From: a virus
Strand: one strand, 5' to 3'
Virus record (IMG/VR): IMGVR_UViG_3300022680_000058
Location: 64,001 to 128,000 of that record
DNA: 64,000 bases
In this document: positions 30,643-40,540 of the stretch, piece after piece
How positions within the stretch are numbered: position 1 is the stretch's first letter
Layout: each line of letters opens with the position of its first letter
Translations under genes and position numbers: made by a program
The notes under the pieces: generated by a model
What the model saw: only the letters and a program-made list of their open reading frames with translations
Database searches by the model: none
What the model was told of the DNA's origin: nothing

Positions 30643-30671
30643 AGTAATCATACGGTTACGCTCTGTCAACG
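30643..30671 (-). promoter_or_regulatory. Sigma70-like promoter
   Basis: TTGACA-N17-TACTAT. Confidence 0.6.
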
Positions 30672-30673
30672 AG

Positions 30674-31150
30674 CTATCCCGTCATCACCCCATCTGCCCT
30701 GAGCTGACTCTCCTCGACGTCCCACCACGGGGTAAAGTCTTCGAGGATCGCGTCGATCTGGTCCATAGAGAAGACACGGACATTCAATGGCTTGTGGTAT
30801 TCAGGGACCTTGAATCTGTGCTCATCGCCGAGCCTCGAACCAAGCCGCCTGTTGTACAGGACATCATCACCGAGTTTCACGGGAATTCGTGGGAAGTATC
30901 GACGCTTCTCTCCTTCCCTGACGAATGGCCGACCACCGCCGATGGCCACTACGCGACCATACCTACAATCATTCAGCCTGTAGCGACCGAACTGAGTGTC
31001 TTCTTTGGCGCCAACCATCATCTCATTCCCGAGGATGATTCCACCTTCTGTCCGGTCAGGCTGTCCATATTCGACCACATAGACGAACGCATTCATCGGT
31101 GTGATCGGAAATCCTTCAACCTTCTGACTCTCTATCAACTCTTCTCTCAC
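30674..31150 (-). CDS. groES: GroES-like co-chaperonin
   Basis: PMNAFVYV..TEGGIIL..GRVVAIGGG..VKLGDDVLY. Confidence 0.85.
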   Translation of the reverse strand: MREELIESQKVEGFPITPMNAFVYVVEYGQPDRTEGGIILGNEMMVGAKEDTQFGRYRLNDCRYGRVVAIGGGRPFVREGEKRRYFPRIPVKLGDDVLYNRRLGSRLGDEHRFKVPEYHKPLNVRVFSMDQIDAILEDFTPWWDVEESQLRADGVMTG

Positions 31151-31731
31151 TCTCCTTCTCCTTCCTCGAAAAGTGGAATCGTCTTTTTGTCATCTGTTCC
31201 ACGGGCATCATCGACAAGCTCTCGCCAATCGACATCAACCCCACACGCTCGACACTTCAAAACAGGAATGTGGTTATCTCCAGCCCCCATCTCTCCCCGG
31301 AACTTGTCGAGTTCATCCGCATGACCACACTCTCTGCACGTTATGGTCGTGACATATGTCCTGAGGAGAGCCCATGCCATCTCGCCGAGGTAGTCATCAA
31401 GGCCTCGGATCTTTCCTGCGAACACCCCAGCATCAGGGGATGGAACACGAGCCCCTGTAGGATGCTCTGCGTTTTGTCGCTGCACGAGCTCTTCGAGGTC
31501 CATGCTCACAGAAACATTCGGGATCTCGCCCGATAGATGGTCTATCAACTCATTACCATCCATACCTTCAGCAATTTCTTTGACAGCATCACGAGACGAC
31601 GCCATCACAGTCCAAGACACAGTGAACGTCCACTGAACCTCAAAAGACCTCTGTGGATCGACCTTTTCATCCCTCAGGAACTCGATCGCTTCCCTCTTGA
31701 ACCTCTTCCTATCCTCTTCCGAGACCGTCAT
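31147..31731 (-). CDS. Hypothetical protein with a C-terminal Zn ribbon
   Basis: CRECG...CRACG. Confidence 0.6.
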   Translation of the reverse strand: MTVSEEDRKRFKREAIEFLRDEKVDPQRSFEVQWTFTVSWTVMASSRDAVKEIAEGMDGNELIDHLSGEIPNVSVSMDLEELVQRQNAEHPTGARVPSPDAGVFAGKIRGLDDYLGEMAWALLRTYVTTITCRECGHADELDKFRGEMGAGDNHIPVLKCRACGVDVDWRELVDDARGTDDKKTIPLFEEGEGE

Positions 31732-31758
31732 CTCCCGTACCTCCTGTTGGCCCCTGAA

Positions 31759-32235
31759 TTACGCTGAAAGGTCCGCCCTGGCGTTCTCCGCATCCGCCAG
31801 AATATCAGCCTCCTCCTCCGTCAGCGCCTCCCTTGATGCTTCCCTGACCTCAGATCGAATCTCCCTCGCCTTATCAAAGATGTCTACATGGGTTTTCCCT
31901 TTGAACGGACCCTTGTATTTCATATCGAGAGACACCTTCAGAACAAACGTCGCGAACAAGCATATGATCTCATTGGCCACATACGAGACAACACTGATGA
32001 ACCCACCAAAAACGACAATCTCTCCAATAGTCCCTGAATGAAAGTACACCCAAATGGCTCCAACCCACACCCCAGTACACATCGAGCACGAGATGAGCTC
32101 ACCAAGCCACCTGAGCGGGTTGTACTTCTTCTCAAAAGACTTCAGAAACTTCCTGAGCCCATTAAAAATCTTTCCAGTCGAGACAACGATCGTCACGCCC
32201 ACAAGCCCAACAATCTCAAACGCTGAAATCTCCAT
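31759..32235 (-). CDS. DUF1360-like membrane protein
   Basis: Hydrophobic helices and IF..LR...LISCSMCTGVWVG. Confidence 0.65.
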   Translation of the reverse strand: MEISAFEIVGLVGVTIVVSTGKIFNGLRKFLKSFEKKYNPLRWLGELISCSMCTGVWVGAIWVYFHSGTIGEIVVFGGFISVVSYVANEIICLFATFVLKVSLDMKYKGPFKGKTHVDIFDKAREIRSEVREASREALTEEEADILADAENARADLSA

Positions 32236-32261
32236 TTTCTCCGTCTCCTAGTATGCTTCTA

Positions 32262-33590
32262 CTAAAAAATGACGTCATCGAAATTTTCGTCTGCGAACTC
32301 CGATGTCTCAACCTGTGTTCCAATCTCACTGAAATCCATCGTCTCCATATCCCACTTGACGACAATCGAACTGATCTGCGCCTGTCGACGGGCCTTCAAT
32401 GGCACATAAAGCATCTGCTTATCGAGCTTCATGTCCACATCCTGGAACATGGCGAATAGATTCTGAAAGTCCCAAAGCATGGTGTCTGACATCGCCAGAG
32501 CATTTTCGAGGCCACCTGTTCCGTGACCCTTCTTGATGGACTTTTTTGACCCCTTCTTGACATCGCCATCTCTGGAGAGCTGTGAGATAGCAACGAACGG
32601 GATATCACACCGCCGATTGAATCCTCTCATCCAGTCAATGGTGTCCAAGATTCGATCGTATCGACCACCCTTCGATCCGGGACCAGACTTCACACCACCG
32701 CTCGCCACCTTCAACATGTAAAGACTATCGATCCCAAGGATGTCGGGCTCGACCGCATCCACAGCCTCTTCGATGTAGCTCGGACTCAGACGTTCCTCAT
32801 CATCGAGAATGAAATAATTCTGAGCCGTCTCTCTAAGATTTGTTACCGTCTCGTAATACTTCGGCTCTACGAAGTTTCCGAGAGACGCCGAAACTACGTG
32901 CCCAAAATTCAGCCGACCCCTCATCGCGATCTGCCGCTCGGCGAGCTCCCCGCGAGTCATCTCTGGAGACACAACAAGGACCCGCTTTTTCTGCTCAAAG
33001 TAAGCATGATCCATGATATTGATAAGAGTGAACGTCTTACCAGTCGATGGCCGAGCAACAAATCCTGTGATTGTCTTCGGCCACATCCCCATGGTGACAT
33101 TCGTCATCGTCTCCCACGGGAACGCAATCCCTATTTCACCCCGCTTCGTCCGCTCGTACACATCGACAGCATCATCTACAGCTTCAGCAAGGGTGTGAAT
33201 CCTCACCCGTTTGATGCTCGACTTCTGAAGATGAGCAGCAAGCTTTGAGACCTCCTCTTCCGCCTCCTTCTGCTCACCCTTCTCCAGATGCTCTGAACTT
33301 TTGCTGAGCCCATACCTGAGCGCCCTGAACCTCGACCTCTCGAAGAGTTCATCGAGCACATACGTGATCGACACACCGTCTTCCACAGGTTCGAGTTTCT
33401 TCCCTGTCTTGTCCTGGATCACAGATGACGGAGGAACCGTCTCGTGTTCAGCAATGTGCTTTAAGATAAACCGGAAAGCAGCTTTCGACGGAGGAAGTAA
33501 GATATCATCACAGAGTCCTGCTTCCCGCGCCTTCACAAAGCTTTTGTCGTCCCTGGTAGCCAACCATAGGACAGCATTGTCCAAATCCAT
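32262..33590 (-). CDS. dnaB: DnaB-like replicative helicase
   Basis: ARPSTGKT, SPEM, GIDSLY, SQLSR and KARR. Confidence 0.88.
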   Translation of the reverse strand: MDLDNAVLWLATRDDKSFVKAREAGLCDDILLPPSKAAFRFILKHIAEHETVPPSSVIQDKTGKKLEPVEDGVSITYVLDELFERSRFRALRYGLSKSSEHLEKGEQKEAEEEVSKLAAHLQKSSIKRVRIHTLAEAVDDAVDVYERTKRGEIGIAFPWETMTNVTMGMWPKTITGFVARPSTGKTFTLINIMDHAYFEQKKRVLVVSPEMTRGELAERQIAMRGRLNFGHVVSASLGNFVEPKYYETVTNLRETAQNYFILDDEERLSPSYIEEAVDAVEPDILGIDSLYMLKVASGGVKSGPGSKGGRYDRILDTIDWMRGFNRRCDIPFVAISQLSRDGDVKKGSKKSIKKGHGTGGLENALAMSDTMLWDFQNLFAMFQDVDMKLDKQMLYVPLKARRQAQISSIVVKWDMETMDFSEIGTQVETSEFADENFDDVIF

Positions 33591-33634
33591 AGGACAACCT
33601 CTCAGCCTCGAATCGAGGCCAACCTACCTTGGTG

Positions 33635-34282
33635 TTATCCGACAGCCATTCGAGAAGCCATGGCTTCAGCGGCGCCATTCCTAAGGTTCTCTCCCACGAA
33701 CTTCAATGGGAGAAGTGTCTCCTTCATGACCTCCATCATCGATGGAATGTAGACACTCATCAGTGAAGCCGCACCCTTCTTCGACGACGAAAGTGGAAGA
33801 TTCGTCGTGATGATCGTCGTCCTCTTGGAAGCGGACCTCTCACGGATCAGATTCTCGAAGAGCCTCTCCGTGAACCCAGTCTCCCCAGGGTGCTCTTTCC
33901 CGAGGTCATCAAGGATCAGAACATCAACGGCTCGGGCTCTATCATCAATGCTCTGGTCCTCATCGAACATCGTTCTGTTGAGGACCGCTTGCCTGAGACT
34001 CTCAGCAGTGGTGAAGAACACAGACGCACCACGGCGCCGAGCTTCCATCCCGATCAGAGCAGCCACTGATGTCTTTCCAACACCATTGTTGCCCCAGAAC
34101 AGAAGCCCCTCTCCTCTATCGAGGTTGCCGTCGAGGTCCTTGAGGTATGCCGCGACATGATCCCTGATCCCTTCCGAGATCTGATCGAGACGAACATTCC
34201 AGAACCGTCGAGGGAGATTCATTCTTTCAACATGAGCCTGCGTGAGGCGCATCCTATGTCCGACGATTCTCATCACCATCAC
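33635..34282 (-). CDS. dnaC: DnaC/IstB-like helicase loader ATPase
   Basis: GNNGVGKT, LILDDLGKE and TIITTNL. Confidence 0.88.
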   Translation of the reverse strand: MMVMRIVGHRMRLTQAHVERMNLPRRFWNVRLDQISEGIRDHVAAYLKDLDGNLDRGEGLLFWGNNGVGKTSVAALIGMEARRRGASVFFTTAESLRQAVLNRTMFDEDQSIDDRARAVDVLILDDLGKEHPGETGFTERLFENLIRERSASKRTTIITTNLPLSSSKKGAASLMSVYIPSMMEVMKETLLPLKFVGENLRNGAAEAMASRMAVG

Positions 34283-34314
34283 CGTCCTATCCCTGAGAGC
34301 TCAGAACAGGTTCT

Positions 34315-34773
34315 TCACCCCCAACCGACCGTCGGCGCGTCCTGCGCCGCCTCGTCGTCGTATTCACCTCTCAGGACCCGCTCCCTCTTCGAGGTCGGAA
34401 TCCTCACCACACCGTCAATCTCAGCTTTCAGACGCTCTCGCAAGCTCCAGCACAGCTTCATCGGCGGGAGTTCATCTCGACGCTCCTGAGCAGATGTCCT
34501 GCGTTTCTTCCAGGTCTTGATAAAGTGCCTGACAATCTCTGCTGCCTCATCGAACCCTTCTTCTGACACAAGTTTCTTTGCCAGAGAATATTCAGCCCCT
34601 CCCCACCTTGGGGTGGTACCGAATTCAGCCTTCATTTCTGACGACCATTCCCTGAACAGTGCCCTCGCAGGATTCTCCCGCTGGAGCCGCTTTGATCTTA
34701 CTTCCCTGCTCGCCCTGTTTTTTGCCATCCTGGCTTCCAAGGCAGCCCTCATTCCTTGTGCTCGATCCGGCAT
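34315..34773 (-). CDS. Hypothetical protein, possible replication initiator partner
   Basis: Position upstream of the loader and helicase genes, with its own TTGACA-N16-TAATAT promoter. Confidence 0.45.
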   Translation of the reverse strand: MPDRAQGMRAALEARMAKNRASREVRSKRLQRENPARALFREWSSEMKAEFGTTPRWGGAEYSLAKKLVSEEGFDEAAEIVRHFIKTWKKRRTSAQERRDELPPMKLCWSLRERLKAEIDGVVRIPTSKRERVLRGEYDDEAAQDAPTVGWG

Positions 34774-35481
34774 TATCGATATATTAGCCCATCAGGACCG
34801 ATTGTCAATCAGTCCGGAGGCAATACCTCCTCAACATCGTTCGGTTCAACAGCCTCAAGCACTCCATGTCTACGAATCTCAATTCTGTAGTAGACAGAGA
34901 GCCAATTCTTTCCATACCTCGATTGAACATTGGGTCGAAATCTCATGGCCTGGAGTTCATCCATCGTTCTCAAAATGTCCTTCGCTCCTCTGACCGTGAT
35001 GACCTCATACACCTTCTTGTCGCTCCTCAGCCTTACCCTTTCTCCAATCCTTGGCCTCGGCCATTGGTTCATGATGTCGCTCACAGCATCCTCCGGATCA
35101 TGTTGCTCGTCATCACAACACCGAGCATGAACTTCTCAGCATCCTCTGGAGAAAGCCGCCTCAACTCATCCAGCCTCGGAGGTGGCCTCTTGACCTTCAG
35201 AGCTGTCTCCTGAGCTGCCATCCCAACCTCTGCGAGCTCAACCTTGTTGCCTTGGCCCCACACAGACTCGTTCGAGTACATGACACACCAAGCACACATA
35301 GGTCTCTTCTCAATGGTACCATCGTTTTCAACGTCAACAGACCACGAAGCAGATCGCCTCCCACAAACAACACACGCCTCTCGGTCCTTCAGGAGGCGAA
35401 CTTCTTCAGCCACGATCGTTATCAACCCATCCTCCTTCTTTTAAGCTATATACTAGATTTGAACTGTCAAAGGAGGTTTTT

Positions 35482-36303
35482 GTGGGAGTCATCGTAAACG
35501 GAGCAGATATCACAGTCCCTGGAGTGCCCAATATCCAGAACTACATCGAAGAACCAAAATTCGCCTTGAAAGCGAATGATGGTCGCCCCCGTCCCAACAC
35601 CTGGGTCCGAGGTATCGTCCTGCACACAACGAAAGGAATCCCTGGAGGACGGCAACGAATCCCTCAAAAAATCAAGTCCGGGTTCGGGCCAAACTATCGT
35701 CGCGATGAAAAAGTCGCCCAGATGTGGAGCATGGACGCGAGAAACGCTGGAGCCCACCTCGTGTGTGACAGCGACGGCTCCTGGGTCTGCACTGCTGACC
35801 TCCAGAATTTCGCCGCCTACCACGCCGGGAACGTCAACACCGTGACCGTCGGGATCGAGATCTATCAGGAGAGCGATGGAGGACTCTACGAATGCCAGCT
35901 CCTAGAAGTCGTCAAGATGATTGACTTCCTAACGCGCCTCTTCAGCATCCAACGACAAATCCACTGGCCGTACAATCGCCGAGCCATCAAACGAGGTCTC
36001 CGTCGAGGGCTCGACATGGTTGGTGTCTACGGGCATCGAGACTGTTCAAACAACAGGGGCCGTGGAGACCCAGGAGACGCCATCATGGAACGCTTGATCG
36101 AGGCTGGATACGAGAGCTTCAACTTCGACGAGGACGAGGACAAAAAAGCTTGGACAGAGAGACAAGAAAGCCTGAACCTTCTCACCGATGGTGTCCCTGG
36201 TCCGAAAACATCAAGGGCTCTGCTCGAAAACGGCTATCGTCACGGACTGTGGATTCCTCGTCCTGGTGACAGTGAGTCAATCATTCAAGAAATTCTCACC
36301 TGA
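35482..36303 (+). CDS. N-acetylmuramoyl-L-alanine amidase (Amidase_2 endolysin) with a short peptidoglycan-binding-like tail
   Basis: IVLHTT, AHL, AYHAG..N..GIEI, GHRD..DPG; DGVPGPKT. Confidence 0.88.
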   Translation: MGVIVNGADITVPGVPNIQNYIEEPKFALKANDGRPRPNTWVRGIVLHTTKGIPGGRQRIPQKIKSGFGPNYRRDEKVAQMWSMDARNAGAHLVCDSDGSWVCTADLQNFAAYHAGNVNTVTVGIEIYQESDGGLYECQLLEVVKMIDFLTRLFSIQRQIHWPYNRRAIKRGLRRGLDMVGVYGHRDCSNNRGRGDPGDAIMERLIEAGYESFNFDEDEDKKAWTERQESLNLLTDGVPGPKTSRALLENGYRHGLWIPRPGDSESIIQEILT

Positions 36304-37323
36304 TCACCCGCCATATCCCATCTGAACACAGATAGGATCAATGTCCCCCTCATCGCCACACCCCCTGGAACCTGGTCGACACCAAAAGGCATTCGCCGTC
36401 ACCTTCGACGCCTCCAACGATGGGTCTCTGATGAAACCACGAGCACACCCCCAGGCATCGTCACAAGCGCCCCTTGGAACCTCACAACGACCTCCCCAGG
36501 CAATGATTGGCGCCCCGGTAACCCTTTGCTTGTCTCTCCCGGTGACGAGCCCTGTAGCGAGCTCTACAGTCCTCTCGCAATGACGACGATGTCTGTCACT
36601 CCAAAGCTTCTCTGGACACCCTGGGGCTTCTCCAGAGCACACCCGTCTCACAGTCCTGGGGAATGCGTCCGGCATCTCACAACTCACATCCAACTGAGAA
36701 ATCCACCGCTGTCGATCATGTCGAGGGGCAGCAGCTCCAACAACAAACCTCGACGCCCGCCTCATCACAGAGATGATTGTTTCCCCATTGACATCACATT
36801 CAGTGATCAATGGAACAGCAGGTCTGTTACAACTCCTGTTCCTGATGTTGTTCAAGACTTGCCATATACCCCTGCAATCGGCCTCAGAACCCTCCTGCTC
36901 GCTCGTGCATATCCTGAGGAGCCCCACAATCGACGCGCCTGTGGACTCCTCTCTCGGGACATTCCACGTCTCAGCACGCCGAGCCGCCGGTGACTTCCAC
37001 TGCCATCGCCGAACGCTCCTACCTTGTTTTCTTGACTTGACCTTAGCCTTCTCGGGGAGCTTTATTGACTTGATGGCCTCTTCTCGTGCCCTTAGGCTTT
37101 CCTCGACGTCTACCCACCGTTGACGTTCCCTCTCATCAATCTCCTGCCATCTCCTTTCAACGTCCGAGGCGAGGTCATCAGTCTCCACGACTCCTTCAAT
37201 CTCATGATCTTGAGGATTTGAACAACCAAAGAACCAGAGAGCTCCAAGCACAGCGACTGAAAACCACGTCAAAAAACCTACGACAGAACAAAACCTTGGC
37301 GCGAACCCTTCACGAAAACTCAT
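36304..37323 (-). CDS. Membrane-anchored Cys-rich protein, possibly a SleB/Hydrolase_2-like cell-wall hydrolase
   Basis: N-terminal hydrophobic stretch ending FFGC; LLRICTSE...IWQVLNNIR resembles the SleB LARxIxAE...VxxNR motif. Confidence 0.4.
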   Translation of the reverse strand: MSFREGFAPRFCSVVGFLTWFSVAVLGALWFFGCSNPQDHEIEGVVETDDLASDVERRWQEIDERERQRWVDVEESLRAREEAIKSIKLPEKAKVKSRKQGRSVRRWQWKSPAARRAETWNVPREESTGASIVGLLRICTSEQEGSEADCRGIWQVLNNIRNRSCNRPAVPLITECDVNGETIISVMRRASRFVVGAAAPRHDRQRWISQLDVSCEMPDAFPRTVRRVCSGEAPGCPEKLWSDRHRRHCERTVELATGLVTGRDKQRVTGAPIIAWGGRCEVPRGACDDAWGCARGFIRDPSLEASKVTANAFWCRPGSRGCGDEGDIDPICVQMGYGG

Positions 37324-37679
37324 GAAGAACCTCCTGTTTTCTGCTTTATTGGATTCTTTTGGTTTGGTTTGCCTCGTGTGACATCGAGGCTGGACAGGCT
37401 ATCACATCACCAGTCTTTCGCAAATCCAGGCGGACACGTCCGTTCCTTTTTGGACTTGATCAAGAGCTTCGATGCTGCCTCACCATGTATCCTGTTTCTG
37501 ATCTTCAGATGACCACGTTTCTTCAGATACTTGTCACAGTTTTTGTGAACAGCCTTTTGAAAAGCATGCCATCCCATGCTCTTCCCTTCTCCATCCTCAT
37601 CTTCATCGTCATTCTTCAGGGGGTCAGGAGGATAAAGAACGTCAACATCAAAATGACCAGCCATAAGCCACCAACCTTT

Positions 37680-38390
37680 CTATCGTTCTGTGATCCCCCA
37701 CTCGACCACATCGACCACATCACCAGGCAACTGTTGGACCTGCCCGAAGCTTCTCGGGAGCTCGAACCCTTCAGCGAGCTTTTCCATTCCAGCTCGAATC
37801 AAAGTCGACGTCACGAACTCTTCGACCTGAGACTTCGCGGCAGAAACGACCCTTTCCGCCGACTCCTCGAACTGTTTGAGAATGAAAGGAGCGCTACTAC
37901 TGAACCATTTGAATAGCTCAGCAAATATCCACGAGATCCTCTCTCGGTCCTTTTTTGTGAGCGTTTTTTTGCTCAAAATCCTGTCGAGCTCTTCCTGACG
38001 ACCTTCGATTGAAGATGTAAGCTCCCAGACCTGGCTCCGAAACCGCTTCAAGACCTTCACCTGCTCCGACTCGTGGGTCTCGGGAACAGGCTCGATCTCA
38101 CCCTTCCCCGTGACGAACTTCAGTGTACACGGTATCCCATCACCATGGTTGAGCGTTGTAATGGCCTGGGCAAACTGGACCGGAGACATTTCAAGCTCGA
38201 TGAGCTCCTGATCCCGAAAAAACCGATCCCGAGAAAGTGAGTGCTGTCGGTATGCTGTCGAGACAACGATCTGGATCTTGTCCCTGTGATTGTCGAGGTG
38301 AGATCCAAAAAGGCGCCCTCCCCCCGTCATTCTACAGATCCGCAACATCCCAAAGCTCTCGTGTTCTTCCCGATCTACCTTCTCCTTCAT
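37680..38390 (-). CDS. Conserved phage hypothetical protein
   Basis: HESFG..LFGS..MSPVQFA..ITTLN.GDGIPCT. Confidence 0.6.
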   Translation of the reverse strand: MKEKVDREEHESFGMLRICRMTGGGRLFGSHLDNHRDKIQIVVSTAYRQHSLSRDRFFRDQELIELEMSPVQFAQAITTLNHGDGIPCTLKFVTGKGEIEPVPETHESEQVKVLKRFRSQVWELTSSIEGRQEELDRILSKKTLTKKDRERISWIFAELFKWFSSSAPFILKQFEESAERVVSAAKSQVEEFVTSTLIRAGMEKLAEGFELPRSFGQVQQLPGDVVDVVEWGITER

Positions 38391-38413
38391 GACAACCTTC
38401 TCCTTCTACTCCT

Positions 38414-38454
38414 AAAAAACGTAGCCCCTCCGGCTGGGGTGAACCGGAGGGGCT
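38414..38454 (-). terminator. Rho-independent terminator
   Basis: AGCCCCTCCGG-N10-CCGGAGGGGCT, then ACG and a T6 tract on the minus strand. Confidence 0.8.
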
Positions 38455-38595
38455 TTCCTGTAACAGGGGGGGGTACTGTCACCCGAACCGATGGCTCGGA
38501 AAGACTATTCAAAGCTTCCCCTTACGAACTCAGCGACTATTCATTCGCAGGTAAAAGATCGCGTCTTTGAACAGCCTTTCCAAACCACCCGTATA
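38414..38595 (-). ncRNA. Putative ~180-nt structured small RNA
   Basis: Own promoter and terminator; 25-bp stem with 5 G-U pairs on the minus strand; hairpin with a C-rich loop. Confidence 0.7.
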
Positions 38596-38600
38596 CACCT

Positions 38601-38629
38601 ATCATGGTGTCATGGTATCCGACTGTCAA
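38601..38629 (-). promoter_or_regulatory. Promoter of the small RNA
   Basis: TTGACA-N17-CATGAT; shares TTGACAGTCG..CATGATAGGTG with 49255-49283. Confidence 0.7.
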
Positions 38630-39840
38630 CTGTCTCCGTTGAATTTTTCAGTCTCAGACCCCCACACGGTCCATCCCTCACGATTCTCTCGACAGAACAT
38701 CTCCAGCTTCGATCCAGGACAAAGCTTCTCCACCAGCTCGTAGAACTCAATTGGCTTTCTCGAATGCTCTCTCACATCCCCCTTGAGTTCTGTCGTCTGA
38801 TTCGTCAGATTGACCACAGGGCGCCCCCTCACGGCGAGAATGCAATGCTCAGTTTTTCCACGAAGCCAGTCCCCTAATCCCATCTTGTTCTTCACCCACG
38901 TCAGGATCGTCTTCGGAGTAAACCCCCACGCATCGATCACATGATAGGCCTCATGCATGTGAGCATTCGTTGTCCACAACCACAGTATACAATCCTCATG
39001 TGCCACAGCGCCCACGTCGAGATCACAAATGTCCTTGATGGACATACACTTGTACTCCGTCGTCCCCCGGTGTGAGGCATCCTCATCACGCTTCTCATAG
39101 GTCCATGGTGGATCAGCAGAAATGACCCGAAACGGTCCGGTAGGCAGCGGCTGAGGCTCACTCTCGATGCTCTTGATCGCCTCACTCCTCTTCAGGTTCC
39201 GCTGAGCAAGTTTCAGGTTCGATGTGCCCTGCTTCTTGGCAAATTCGACCACCTCTCTCTGTCTCTTTGGTTCGAGCTTTGCCAACTCGTCGAGGTTGGA
39301 CCCTGTGTCGAACTCTGACCCTGTGAGCTCTTCGAGAATCTCACCAGAGACTTTCTCTCCTCTGGTGACATCCCTAGCCACTGTGGAGCGACCCTTCCCA
39401 GAACGCTTTGCGGTGTCCTCAGTGAAAGACAAAGATCTCAAGTTGAGATCTTTCTTGTCATCGCTTTCCGATGTCGAAGTCGCCTTCCCATGGCCTGTCT
39501 CTGGATGCTTCGCCAGATAGAGTGTCTTTCGTCTGGCAGTCAGCTTGGCTCTCTGCGCCGCCGTCAACTCAGCCCTCACGAGGTTCTCATCAATCTCGGC
39601 GAGCTCAGCTTCAATCTCGTCATATCTCTTGAAGTTCACCGGAATCTCATTCCTGCCGAGCTGTTTGAACGCCGCGAGCCTATGAGCTCCAGCAACGAGT
39701 CGCCTCTCAGGAGTAACGATGATCGGCTGGAGAAGACCAACCTCCTCAATACTCTCGACCAGATTTTGAACCTTCGCCGGTTCAACGAATCGACGCCCCG
39801 AAGGGACAATGACCTCATCCACTGCTACTGTACTCATCAA
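38626..39840 (-). CDS. ParB-N/HTH fused to an MT-A70 adenine methyltransferase
   Basis: SIEEVGLLQPI..AGAHRL..ENLVR; DPPW, LWLWTTN, TWVK..GLG.WLRGKTEH, HSRKP, LEMFCR. Confidence 0.9.
   Translation of the reverse strand: MMSTVAVDEVIVPSGRRFVEPAKVQNLVESIEEVGLLQPIIVTPERRLVAGAHRLAAFKQLGRNEIPVNFKRYDEIEAELAEIDENLVRAELTAAQRAKLTARRKTLYLAKHPETGHGKATSTSESDDKKDLNLRSLSFTEDTAKRSGKGRSTVARDVTRGEKVSGEILEELTGSEFDTGSNLDELAKLEPKRQREVVEFAKKQGTSNLKLAQRNLKRSEAIKSIESEPQPLPTGPFRVISADPPWTYEKRDEDASHRGTTEYKCMSIKDICDLDVGAVAHEDCILWLWTTNAHMHEAYHVIDAWGFTPKTILTWVKNKMGLGDWLRGKTEHCILAVRGRPVVNLTNQTTELKGDVREHSRKPIEFYELVEKLCPGSKLEMFCRENREGWTVWGSETEKFNGDS
39431..39453. promoter_or_regulatory. Palindrome family B, copy 2 (inside the ParB-MTase gene)
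   Basis: Identical to 6194-6216; encodes KDLNLRSL in the linker before the HTH. Confidence 0.7.
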
Positions 39841-40096
39841 ACGACCTCTACTACGCCTTCAATCCCTGGGAGCTGTAGTTGCCCTGGTAATGGGAGCACA
39901 CCCACACCAGTCTTCACAATCGCTCTCTCCAAGCGACACTTCTGTTGCGATGGACACGCCCTGACATGGGCTTCAAAGTTTCTTTGGGAAAGGTTGTGGT
40001 CAGCAAAAATCTCTCGACCACATATGAGGCACGACCGTGTTAGGCGCCCAAGCATTCTATGAATCTAGTATGACAATCTCACACTGTCAACCCGAG

Positions 40097-40540
40097 TCAC
40101 AATACAGCATCGAACCGCTTCTGTGCCGCCGGTCGGATGTCTTTCTTCGGCGTCGGCTTCCACCGCCCGAGGTCCATCTTGTTGACGCTCTTCTTGGCAG
40201 CCTTCTTCGCTCCCCTTCGACCGAGGACGACAGTCACCATGAGACCTTTGACGTTCCCATTCTTGAGCCAGTCCAACGGTCTGAAGTAGAGGATCTCATC
40301 AGAGAACTCCAAGGCATAGTACCAATCCTGGCCACTCCACGATGACAATGGTCCAGGCATCGACGATGAGCTTGCAGGCTTTGACTTCGACTTCTCCTTC
40401 TTGCCCATCACCTGGCCAGGAGACGGGACTGTATAGCCCCCGATCATCGCCTCAGCCATCGTCTCGGACTCACCATCCAAGAGATTCCCGATCCCCTCCA
40501 GCAACACGCCATTCACTGAACGAACATCCATCTCCATCAC
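40097..40540 (-). CDS. Leader-family protein (putative capsid-internal)
   Basis: MDVRSVNGVLLEGIGNLLDGESETMAE, then YTVPSPGQ. Confidence 0.6.
   Translation of the reverse strand: MMEMDVRSVNGVLLEGIGNLLDGESETMAEAMIGGYTVPSPGQVMGKKEKSKSKPASSSSMPGPLSSWSGQDWYYALEFSDEILYFRPLDWLKNGNVKGLMVTVVLGRRGAKKAAKKSVNKMDLGRWKPTPKKDIRPAAQKRFDAVL

Noticed and set aside
21636-34580. Partial CAAG-TTT-CTTTG matches (about 21636, 27604 and 34569) as family C sites
   Set aside because: They are imperfect and lie inside CDSs, where common codon runs explain them.
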